Both the position numbers and the translations under genes were made by a program. Shown in pieces: positions 32,601 through 43,061 of a stretch of 64,000 bases of DNA. The notes below the pieces were generated by a model, which had not been told where the DNA came from, made no database searches, and worked only from the letters and a program-made list of their open reading frames with translations. Within the stretch, counting starts at the first letter, position 1, and every line of letters starts with the position of its first letter. Source of the DNA: Setoptus koraiensis (Eukaryota; Animalia; Arthropoda); NCBI GenBank assembly GCA_048013815.1, contig CM106585.1, forward strand, positions 3,286,001-3,350,000, in the 5' to 3' direction.

Positions 32601-35600
32601 TTGTTGTTGTTGGCGCTGTTGTTGTTGCTGTTGCTCACTTATATCGCTGCTGCTGGCCTGATAATTGATTAGATCGAGCAACTGCTGCTGCTGTTGTTGA
32701 CGAAATGCATCGTCTTGGTGCATGCCGTTGCTCATCAAGCTGGGATTGAGTGCAACGGGCATGGCCATTCGAACGGGCTGCGATGGGGCCAACACTTGAT
32801 GATGTTGTTGTTGTTGCTGCTGCATTGTTTGTGGCCGATTCGCTTGCTTGCTCATCGACAGAGACTGTGGCAATTTGATGCTGTTGCCGCTTGTTGTTAT
32901 CATGACATTGGGCCGGATCATCTCACTGTGATTGGTCAGCATCATTTGTTTGTTTGTTCTCGGTGGATAATAATTGACCAACTGGCCGTTTTGCGGCTGC
33001 GACTGATAGTTAACTTTGGCCGTCTGATCACTGTTGGGCGCTGCCGTGCTCTCCTCGTCGCCAGCGTCACTCACCTGTATCACCGATATTGGACTTTGGT
33101 TGCCCTGGCCGGGAGCTATTGTCTCTTGGCGTTGTTGATTTGGCCCGCCAAAAATAATATGCTGAGCTGGCTCATTATTTGATTGACTTTCCGCTGTCGG
33201 TTGTTGCTGATGCTCCTCCATAGATTGCTGCTGCTGCTGCTGATGATGATGATGATGAACAGAATCGTTGGATGGCCGGCCCATTTGTTGTTGGTGATGC
33301 TGCTGCTGTTGCTGATGATGCTGTTGCTGTTGCATTGCGTCATCGTCGGCACTTCCGTTTCCGCCTGACTGGGCCATCTCGTCAGAATTGTACTGATCTG
33401 AATTGGAAAATTGCTGCTGCTGATGTTGTTGTTGTTGCTGATGTTGTTGTTGCTGCTGTTGTTGTTGCTGTTGTTGTTGTTGCTGCTGCTGGGCATCATC
33501 GTCTCGCGAGCCTGTCGCTTCGCCAACATTCTCCTCAACAGGCGGCTCCTGATGTTGCTGCTGACCATCGTCCATTTGATTTGAATTTGCCGTATTGGGA
33601 TCGCCAGAGTTGTCTTGTTCCATTGTTTGTTGACCAGCGGCCTCGTCGCCCGTTTGTTTGTCGTTGCCGTCAGAATGTTGCTGTTGTTGTTGCTGCTGCT
33701 GCAAGAAACGTGTCTGGTTGTAGGCGTTGTATCGCGATGACTGATTGTGATAGGGCTCCGCACCAGACGAGTGAAAATGATGATATGACGCCGATTGATT
33801 TGGCGCCCTCGCCGGATCCCGCTTTCTTTGTTGCGCCAGAGAGCTGGGATGTGGCTCAAAATGATGTATGTGATGTATGGAGGTTGTTGTTTGCGTTGTT
33901 TGTGTTGGTGGCACGGGTACGGGCACCGGTACAGGCACGGTGGCCGGAACAATGGGCAAGGTAGTGAGTGCGGGCAATGTGGATAATTGAGCAGAGCCTC
34001 CATATGGAGCGACATTTCTCGTGGCTTGTTGCACAACATCGAATTGTTTCAATTGCGACAACAGAGCATTGTTGTTGTTGTTGCTGTTTGGATTGGTTTC
34101 CAATGGATCTAAGCCAATGATCTCAACAGGAACAATAGTGCTACTGCTACCCAAACCACCAGCTATTGTTGAGGGCAAATTATTGTTGGGACGATCATGA
34201 CTGTGATGGTGATTATTGTGGTGATAATCGTTGTTGTTGTCGTCATGCTCATTAATTATTGTCGCTGTCTGTCTGAAGGGCACCTTGACCACTTCATCGT
34301 CGTCGTCATCGCCACCAGTGGCGGCAATAATTGGCTTTGAATGGTCCCCATCGATGGGGCTCCGAAAGCGTTGCTGTTGCTGACGATATCGTTGTTGTTG
34401 TCGGTGCTGGTGCTGCTGATGATGATGATGGTGATACGGTTGCTGGCGATGATGATGGTCATTGTCGTATTGATGATGATGGTGATGTTTGTCCGGGTGG
34501 GCGACACTATGATGATGCTGTTGTGAATCACGAATATCATGATCGTGATGATTGTCATAATTGCCTTGGTCGTGATCATCGTGGTTGTGATGATGATGGT
34601 GATACTGATCATTGTTGTTGCTGTTGACACTATTTCCTTGAAATGGATGAACAATATTGCTCGACGTGTAACTGTCACTACCAAAACCACCGACAGGATT
34701 ATGATAATCGTTCAGTTGTTGGTTGTTATTGTAGAAACTCTTTTTGCTCTTTAACCTATTAGCACTATTTAGATATTTTTGCTTTACGTAAGAATGCATT
34801 TGATAGGCGGCATTGGAGCCGCTTGACAACAACGATGGCAAACTAATTGGCTTTGATTGTGATGACGTTTGTTTATTGCTATGCGGTGACACTAAATAGT
34901 CGTTTTGCGAATCGGCATCACTGTCATAGGGCCAAACAATGACCGGTCTGTTGCGATCTTCGGCCGTCTGAGTTGTGTCCAAATCGTTTGATTTATTTGG
35001 TGAGCTGCCCATTGTTTCCGTTGTGTGATTTAAATTAGAATGGCCACTAAATATGGCCTCTTTGTTGTTGTTGTTGTTGTTAGTGGATAGTGTTGTTGAA
35101 TTAATCATAACCAATTGATTGTTCTTTTGATCTCTCTCAATCGACTGCTGCAACGTCGCTGACTGAGCCCTCACTTGATGGCTAGGACTAGTGTTGATGG
35201 GGCTGGCGGCGGCGGCGGCGGCAGTGCTAATGGTGGGCGCCTCTAAACACATAACTACATTTACTATGCGATTGACGTTGTTATTATTATATCTCATATG
35301 CTGATCGTTATCATCGGAATTTTTTGTTTTAGTTGTGTCGCCGTTTGCATCATTATTGCCACTGTTTGATGCGGACGATGAACCGGAGGATGACGATGAT
35401 TTTCTATGATGCAACGACGAAATATTGTTGTCATCTGTCATGTTTGGATTGTCACCATTGTCATGGTTGTCTCTTTGTTGTTTTCTTCTTCTATTCAAAT
35501 CAAAATGAGTTGTGGAAGACAGTAGTATTAGTGTCAAAATCAACACAATTAAACTATTTGATATGGATATGTGTATCGATGAGGATCTAATTTGATTTGA

Positions 35601-36344
35601 GTGCCCACCATAATGTGTCTTGCTAGCCTGTATCATGATTGTTGTCTCTTTGTTTATTGTAGTAGTTGTTGTGGTGGTTGAGTTGTTCTCTGTTCTAGCT
35701 TTTAGCCTCCGTCTATAACCATTAACATTCTCAGTGATAAACAACGACTTGTTTGTCTCATGAGCGCTTTTGGGTAGTAGTTGCTGTTGTTGTTGGCATT
35801 TGCTATGGCTTATTGGTATGGTATCTCGCAATTTATTGTTTGCTGAGATCCTTTTGTTATTATCATTCCTTTGGCACTGATTGGCGTGAATTGTGGTCCT
35901 CGTTGTTGTAGTTGTTGTTGTGTGATTTACTAATTGTCGTTGTTGATTAACAACATGGCCATGCGTAGCATGATCATGATCGTCATGATCATAATGATGC
36001 TCGCAATTATTAGGATGATTGGTACACTTGTAATGGTGATGAAAATGATGATGATGATAGTGATGATGCTGCCGCTGCTGCTGCTGTTGTTGTTGTTGGT
36101 TCTTTTGTTGACAAACAAGCCGACAACAACAATCATTGAGGACACAACAATCGTTGGCGGTGCTCATTAGCATCAATTTTTGTTGATTTGCTGTTGTTCT
36201 ATTGGTTAAATTTTGATTCAACTTCAATTTGTTATTATTACGCAATACCAATAATGATTTCTTTTTGCACTTTCCGTCATCGCTATTGCTGCTACCATTG
36301 TTGTTGTGAATATTGCTTTTACAGAGATGCTGCAATTCGTTCAT
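29632..36344 (-). CDS. Very large N/Q/H-rich low-complexity membrane protein; join(29632..30416,30587..36344), about 2180 aa
   Basis: 5.76-kb open exon. ACAG|GTGAG donor at 30586 and CATACAG|G acceptor at 30417 join in frame and complete a TM helix FSIFLITLFSFLSFLTLTGFLIH followed by basic RFLRK. A second hydrophobic stretch SLIVLILTLILLSS lies near residue 270. Confidence 0.65.
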
Positions 36345-38091
36345 CTTGTTACTTGCTGTCGTTGTCGTGGTCACTTGTTGCTTTTAACGCTGTCATACTT
36401 GTCACCTTTAACAGTTATTATGTAACTATGTATTTGTGTATTATCTGATTCAATACTGTACTTGTACTATTTGTGTTTGTTTAGTACAAATAATATCTAA
36501 CTAATATTGACTAATCACTTCTACTATTAATTACAATAATAATGATAATAATACATATTGATTGATTAACGATTGTTGCTTGTTGCAATATGATTATGAT
36601 GGTGCATTACATATAGAAATCACTCATCGTCATCGCAACAAAAGTATACACGCGATTGATTGATCGACTCTATGGGTTCTAATGAACTTGATTGGAACGA
36701 CAACAACAGTAATATGTTGGATCAATTTTTACACAAAAGTAGTTGATCTCATTCGAATGAACTTTGTTTAACTGTAACGGTATACACTTGTTAGTGTGGC
36801 CGTTACAGCATCCCAGCACATAAGGCACCACAGAGTGACGTTGTGTTGCGTAATTTGTGTTGCATCTTCTTTTTGTCCATCAATAGAAGAGACACACTAA
36901 ATAACAAGCAATCACTTGAAAACAAGCCGCATCACAGAGTGAAAAACAGGTAAGCTAACATGAGCTTTCAAGCTTGTATGAGGGCGAGTTGTCGTTGTTT
37001 TCACTGTGTAACACTGTGACAGCATCTCATCCTATCATGTGTTTACCTTTGTTATTATACCTCCGTCTTGTCTTTTATCCAGCAACAATAACAACGACAT
37101 CGACCACTAGTAACAAGTACAAATGAAGAAAGTGTAAGTACACACAGACTCTATTCAACTAGAGAGAATATAGATTTCCTACAAAAGATTCTCTCTATGC
37201 CTGTTGTATCTTGTCCATGATTACATGTGAAAGCGAGAGATTTTTTCTCACCACTACATGTTATACGTTACATAAGACGCAACTCACACTGTTACTCTCT
37301 AACTATAGTACTCTCTAACTATATTAGTTGTGTCTAGACGAAGACATAGAACAATAACGATGTAAGATAGCTTAGTTTAGAACATGTTTTTTCTTATTGC
37401 TAGATAATATAGATGCTACAGCTACAGGTGACATTGGTTGGCGCCCAAATGGAACAACACACTGACCATAGTTAATAAAACTCTCATAGATGCCATCAAG
37501 TCATGTACTATCACAAATACAAATACACACATACTACGAGTATATATATAGTTAGGTAGACGTAATAATCCAATATAGTATCACCAAAAGAAACTCATTA
37601 TTGATTGATCGGCTCATTGATTGATTGATTGATCGACTCATTGATTAGCGCAAGATGATGGAATTGATTGAGTGAGATCTGTTATTTCTGTGTTCTGTTT
37701 TGATTTGTTCTGGACCAATCTCATCTTATCTTATCCAATATGATACCATGCAATATAATCTATCTCTAGCTCTTATACATGATCTATGTGATACAGTAGT
37801 GAGTAGTAGTAATCCTATGTACAATTGATAATATCTATCTAACAGAACAACGACTAAGTCAATCAATGGACGAATGAAGTGAAATCTTAATTTTTTCCTC
37901 GCTGAGAACATTTCTCGCTTCAATAAACTGCTCGAGAACATCACTCAAATGAAAATAATAAAGTAATAAATAAAGCTTGTACAATGAAAATGGTCGAATA
38001 CATTGCCATCACTATCTATAGGTGTATTCTCTAGTAAGATGTTCTTACTCATCAAACTAATATAATTAGTGAGTGACATATATCTTAGGGC

Positions 38092-41000
38092 TTATATCTC
38101 CGATGTTGGAGACGATTGGATATCAGCAGATTCATCGATGACCATCTCGCTTGGCGAAATAGGACTGTTAGCGAATGATTCAACCGGACTAGCGTTCGTA
38201 GTGGTGTTCTCGACTTTTTCCTCGTCACGCGATATCAGACCAATGCCCTGTTTCGCTGGGGTAACAACTTTTGATGTTGCTGCTGCAGGTGAGTCCGCTC
38301 CTGTTGGACTTGAAGCTACTGATGTTGCTTGAGCCACTGGTGTTGAACTCGCTGCTGTTGGCGTTGTTGCGCCAGTTGCTGGGGGTGTTGCTGTTGCACT
38401 TGCTGTTGCTGGAGCGGATGATGGGGCGCTAGATGAGCCGGATGGGGTTATTGCTGAGGTAATTGATGCGGCTATTGCTGGAGTAGTTGTTATGGCTGAG
38501 GGGTCGAGCGTTGAGGTTGCTGGTGTAGATGATGTTGCTGTAGTTGGGACTGTTGCTGGCCCATTTGTTGCTGCTATCGGGCTTGTTGGGGCTGTTTTCG
38601 GGCTTGCTGTTAATGTAACTGTTGTTGTTGGGCAGACTGTTGTGGCTGTTAAGGCTATTGCGGTTGATAAGGCTGTTGCTGGGCCGTCTGCTGCTGTTGT
38701 TGAGCCCGTGGTTGGGCTAGTCGGGCCTGTTTTAGGGGTTGTTGTTGTTGTTGTCGTTGGGCCTGTTGGGGCCGTTGTTGAGACATTTGTTGAGGTTGTT
38801 GAGCCTGTAGTTGGGCTTGTTGGACCTGCTGCGGGGATCAAAGGGCCTGTTGTTGGATTTAACGGGCATGCCGCTGGGTTTATTGGGCCTATGGCTGGGA
38901 TTGTTGGGACTGTTGCTGGGATAACTCTTGGTGCAGCCGGTGGTGTAGATAATCTGGGTTCGAGAAGGCGTTGTTGCTCTTGGAGACGTTGCTGTTCTTG
39001 GAGACGTTGCTGCTCTTGAAGACGTTGTTGCTCAAGAAGGCGTTGCTGCTGCTCCTGGATACGTTGTTGCTCCTGAATACGTTGTTGCTCTTGGATACGT
39101 TGGTCCTGGATACGTTGGTCCTGGATACGCTGGTCTTGGATACGCTGGTCCTGGAGACGTTGGTCCTGGAGACGTTGGTCCTGGAGACGTTGTTCCTGGA
39201 GACGTTGTTCCTGGAGACGTTGTTCCTGGAGACGTTGCTGCTCAAGAATACGTTGTTGTTCAAGAAGACGTTGCTGCTCCTGAATACGTTGCTGTTCCTG
39301 TAGACGTTGTTCCTGAATACGCTGTTCTTGTAATCTTATCTGTTCCAAGCGCACCTGCTCCTGTATCCGAGCCTCCTGAGCTCGAGCCTCTTGCGCTCGA
39401 GCCTCTTGAACTCGAGCTTCTTTCATGCGCTGTTCCAGAAGGCGCTGCGCATCTTGAGTCCTGTTGAAATCCAACAAACGAGCATCTTGCATTCGTTGTT
39501 CCTGCAGATGATGACGGGCTTGAAAGAGTTGGCTTTCTTGCATTTGTTGTAGAAGGATGGGGTTTTGAACTGGTTGGGTAGGTATGTGTGGATAGTTTAG
39601 GAAGACTTTGTTTGAGTGTGCCTGAGGAGGCATACGCTGTTGTTGTAGCAGTTGTTGTGGTTGCAGATTGAAATAGCCCAGAGGCGGAAGTCCAGGGCGT
39701 ATGGGGTCAGGTTGACGAAGTAAATTAAGAGCTGTTTCAGCATCGCTGACATGAGCCTTGACGGGTTTATTTGAATGGGCAGCTGGTGGTGTAGATAATC
39801 TAGGTTCGAGGAGGCGCTGTTGCTCCTGGAGACGTTGCTGCTCTTGAAGACGTTGTTGCTCAAGAAGACGTTGCTGCTGCTCCTGGATACGTTGTTGCTC
39901 CTGAATACGTTGTTGCTCTTGGATACGTTGGTCCTGGAGACGTTGTTCCTGCATACGCTGCTGCTCAAGAAGACGTTGTTGCTGCTCTTGAAGACGCTGT
40001 TGCTCGAGAAGACGTTGCTGTTGCTCCTGCATACGTTGTTGTTCCTGGATACGCTGTTGCTCTTGGATACGTTGTTCCTGAATACGCTGCTCTTGTAACC
40101 TCATCTGTTCCAAGCGAGCCTGTTCCTGCATCCGAGCCTCCTGAGCTCGAGCCTCTTGAGCTCTAGCCTCTTTAACACGCTGTTCTAGAAGACGTTGCGC
40201 ATCCTGAGTCCTGTTGAAATCCAACAAACGAGCATCTTGTATTCGTTGTTCCTGCAGATGATGACGCGCTTGAAAGAGTTGGCTTTCTTGCATCTGTTGA
40301 AGGAAAATGGGGTTTTGAACTTGCTGGTTAGGTAGTTGATGTGGTTGCTGCTGGTGTTGCTTATGCTGGTTCTGAGCTAGCTGCTGCTGGTGTTGTTGTT
40401 GCACTTGTTGGTGCTGAGCCTGATGTTGATGCGGTTGATGTTGGAGGGGATGATGGGGCGCATGATGAGCTGGATGGGGTGGTGGCTGAGGTGGTTGGTG
40501 CGGCTGTTGCTGGGGTGGTTGATGCGGTTGTGGGGTCGAGTGTTGAGGTGGCTGATGTAAATGGTGTTGCTGTTGTTGGGGCTGTTGCTGAGTCATCTGC
40601 TGTTGTTGTTGTTGAGCCTGTTGTTGCTGAGCCAATTGTTGCTGCTGATGAGCTTGTTGTTGGGCTTGCTGCTGTTGAGCTTGCTGTTGTTGGGCCTGCT
40701 GTTGGGCTTGCTGTTGTTGAGCCATTTGTTGCTGCTGCTGGGCCTGTTGTTGTTGCTGTTGTTGGGCTTGCTGTTGTTGTTGCTGAGCCTGCTGCTGTTG
40801 GGCCTGCTGTTGTTGTTGTTGTTGTTGCAATTGAAGTTGAAGCTGCAGCTGTTGCTGTTGTTGCTGTTGCCGAGGATTTTGGAAAGACATTTCTATAGCT
40901 TGATAAATGATATCACGAACACTTGTATGCTGCTCCTCGGGCTTTATATAAACTGGAGTACAATTCATAGGCTCGCTTGGAGATGCAGGTGGAGATATCA

Positions 41001-42456
41001 TTTCGCGCTGAGGTGAGATGGGGGGTGGTAATTGAGAGCTGGACTCATCGTCTCTGAATCTGCACGTGAAACATATCTTCATTCCTGGCTTGAATAGCTC
41101 TTGGCTTATGCCATAGAGCTGGTAGTTGGATTTCGTAACCTTACGAAATTGATTACTATCACAATCGCAAATGCAGCATGTCTGTTTATCCATTGGATCA
41201 TCCTCTGGTTCCGCTACCACAGGAGGCTCGGTTGCCGCTACTGCTGGTGTCGGTGTTTGGGCCTGTTGTTGCTGCTGAGCTGGTTTAACTAAGCTTCTCG
41301 TTCGTCTTTTTTGCTGCCTTTTCAATAACTGCTTGTAGTTTTCGCTTTTCTTGGACATGTAGTAATACTGAACGCAGTTTGTAACGCTCTTCCTAGGAAC
41401 AAAGCTAGCTATGTATCCAAAGTTTTTGGGGTGTTGTAAGTATTTTTCTCTAAAGGTTTCTTTTTCTTCGTCTGTCCATACATTGAGCATTTGAAATTCC
41501 TTATATTCAGTGATGATATCTTCTGTGATACCATTCTTGTTGATATATTGAGGTTTTTTAACAGTTATTTGTTGCAGCATAGGTGGTATCACAGCGTAAC
41601 TTTTAATGCGTTTATTCTCTTGTTCTTGTTCTTGGATTCCATCCATTATTTCCTCAAGCTCTGCATCACTACGAGCGATTCTCTGGCCTACACGAGAGAA
41701 ACGTTCTTTATCCTCGCGCTGTTTCTTGAGTTCTGGGAATTGTTTTTCAAAGAACTCGCGCTGCTTAGCATCCTTGTCCCTTTTCACTGGTTGAGAATCA
41801 ATTTGTTCAATTTCTTTGAGCCATTTTTGCATTCTCCTATCATATTCACTTATAAGTTGTTCTTCGGTTGCTTGGCGTTCCTCAAATCTTCTCTTGAAGC
41901 AAGCGATCAGCTGAGCTTTAAATTTTTGACGAAACTTTGCTGAATTTTGATGATATATAGAATTGTCGGAGGGCTGGTTGTATAATGGAAGATCTACCAT
42001 TAGATTAGCACAATTCTCTAATATTGAATGTGCCTTTTGAGCTTTTATTCTATTTTCAAAATAGACCAATTTAGCTATACTCAACTGTTTGGTATCGGCA
42101 ACGTTATCTTGATCATCAATATTTTTCGATGAGGGTTGATTGGCCGCCTCAAGATCAATCTGTTTCTTCCTTAGTTGCGTCACCTGTGATTCGGTTTGTT
42201 GAATATCACGATCGATATCATTGATATTCTTCAATATATTTTCCTTAGTCGACTTGGACAGTTCTTCATTTGGCAACGTAGGCGATATTGCCTCGACCTG
42301 TGGTGCATAAGCTGGTTCTCCGCTTGTTCCAGCGCCTCGATTAGCTCCATCTCTGGTATCTATGAGTAAAGGTTGATTGTAGGACCTCGGTCGGCGATTT
42401 TCCTGCCAATTGATCGGCCGATTCAATGGATAATAATTGTATGAGAAGGCTGCCAT
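38092..42456 (-). CDS. NCOR: Nuclear receptor corepressor NCoR/SMRT (SMRTER-like), about 1454 aa, intronless as seen
   Basis: YAPQVEAISPTLP...DIDRDIQQTESQVTQLRKKQ, LPLYNQPSD, SANT/DAD VWTDEEKETFREKYLQHPKNFGYIASF...CVQYYY, CoRNR-like VRDIIYQAIEMSF. First ATG at 42456. Confidence 0.9.
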   Translation of the reverse strand: MAAFSYNYYPLNRPINWQENRRPRSYNQPLLIDTRDGANRGAGTSGEPAYAPQVEAISPTLPNEELSKSTKENILKNINDIDRDIQQTESQVTQLRKKQIDLEAANQPSSKNIDDQDNVADTKQLSIAKLVYFENRIKAQKAHSILENCANLMVDLPLYNQPSDNSIYHQNSAKFRQKFKAQLIACFKRRFEERQATEEQLISEYDRRMQKWLKEIEQIDSQPVKRDKDAKQREFFEKQFPELKKQREDKERFSRVGQRIARSDAELEEIMDGIQEQEQENKRIKSYAVIPPMLQQITVKKPQYINKNGITEDIITEYKEFQMLNVWTDEEKETFREKYLQHPKNFGYIASFVPRKSVTNCVQYYYMSKKSENYKQLLKRQQKRRTRSLVKPAQQQQQAQTPTPAVAATEPPVVAEPEDDPMDKQTCCICDCDSNQFRKVTKSNYQLYGISQELFKPGMKICFTCRFRDDESSSQLPPPISPQREMISPPASPSEPMNCTPVYIKPEEQHTSVRDIIYQAIEMSFQNPRQQQQQQQLQLQLQLQQQQQQQQAQQQQAQQQQQQAQQQQQQQAQQQQQMAQQQQAQQQAQQQQAQQQQAQQQAHQQQQLAQQQQAQQQQQQMTQQQPQQQQHHLHQPPQHSTPQPHQPPQQQPHQPPQPPPHPAHHAPHHPLQHQPHQHQAQHQQVQQQHQQQLAQNQHKQHQQQPHQLPNQQVQNPIFLQQMQESQLFQARHHLQEQRIQDARLLDFNRTQDAQRLLEQRVKEARAQEARAQEARMQEQARLEQMRLQEQRIQEQRIQEQQRIQEQQRMQEQQQRLLEQQRLQEQQQRLLEQQRMQEQRLQDQRIQEQQRIQEQQRIQEQQQRLLEQQRLQEQQRLQEQQRLLEPRLSTPPAAHSNKPVKAHVSDAETALNLLRQPDPIRPGLPPLGYFNLQPQQLLQQQRMPPQAHSNKVFLNYPHIPTQPVQNPILLQQMQESQLFQARHHLQEQRMQDARLLDFNRTQDAQRLLEQRMKEARVQEARAQEARAQEARIQEQVRLEQIRLQEQRIQEQRLQEQQRIQEQQRLLEQQRILEQQRLQEQRLQEQRLQEQRLQDQRLQDQRLQDQRIQDQRIQDQRIQDQRIQEQQRIQEQQRIQEQQQRLLEQQRLQEQQRLQEQQRLQEQQRLLEPRLSTPPAAPRVIPATVPTIPAIGPINPAACPLNPTTGPLIPAAGPTSPTTGSTTSTNVSTTAPTGPTTTTTTTPKTGPTSPTTGSTTAADGPATALSTAIALTATTVCPTTTVTLTASPKTAPTSPIAATNGPATVPTTATSSTPATSTLDPSAITTTPAIAASITSAITPSGSSSAPSSAPATASATATPPATGATTPTAASSTPVAQATSVASSPTGADSPAAATSKVVTPAKQGIGLISRDEEKVENTTTNASPVESFANSPISPSEMVIDESADIQSSPTSEI

Positions 42457-43061
42457 AGTATCTTTCTGGATAGCGGTGCACCCAAGGACAATAGTATAAT
42501 TTTTTATTACCAAATTCGTATAATGTTATATGTATATCAGAGTAGATAATAAAGTCTAGATATATTCATATAAAGCCCCGACAGTAGAGGGTGTTTTGAT
42601 TAGGTGACCAAGCCGTAAAAAATGCTGTGCTGCACGGAAGCACAGAACGCTCAACGGTTCTGTGTGTGCCGGTTACACTAACTATGCCGTGTGTGCGGGG
42701 AATTCCTCGAATATGTTAAATCCAGTGTGTGCTCGAGCACGATCTGTGCTTGTGTATGGTCCAATGTTCATAGTAAAAAATGCACTCTGAAAGGCTGTGC
42801 AATGCATAAAGTAAATTGCCCTGACAGACGCACACGTCTACAGGAAGAAATTCCGAAACAATTGAACAGGGAATATCAAGTATATGCGCGCGACATTCGA
42901 ATTGAAATCAAAATTTGGGGGAAGCTGCAAGGATGTCTCCCCCACCAAAAGGTCGAAGATGAGCAGTTCTCTCATTTTTTACATTTGTGCATTTTAAGAA
43001 TTGATATTGTTTTATATTATACTATAATCTTTCTTTCCTACCAATAACAAAACAATCTTGA

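Noticed and set aside
30589-41943. Numerous Leu/Val-rich plus-strand ORFs and N/S-rich alternative minus-strand ORFs
   Set aside because: Artefacts of trinucleotide and QEQR repeats in the two large minus-strand genes.
42691-43047. 118-aa plus-strand ORF between NCoR and NDUFS1
   Set aside because: GTG start, no homology, and it lies in probable UTR/promoter sequence.
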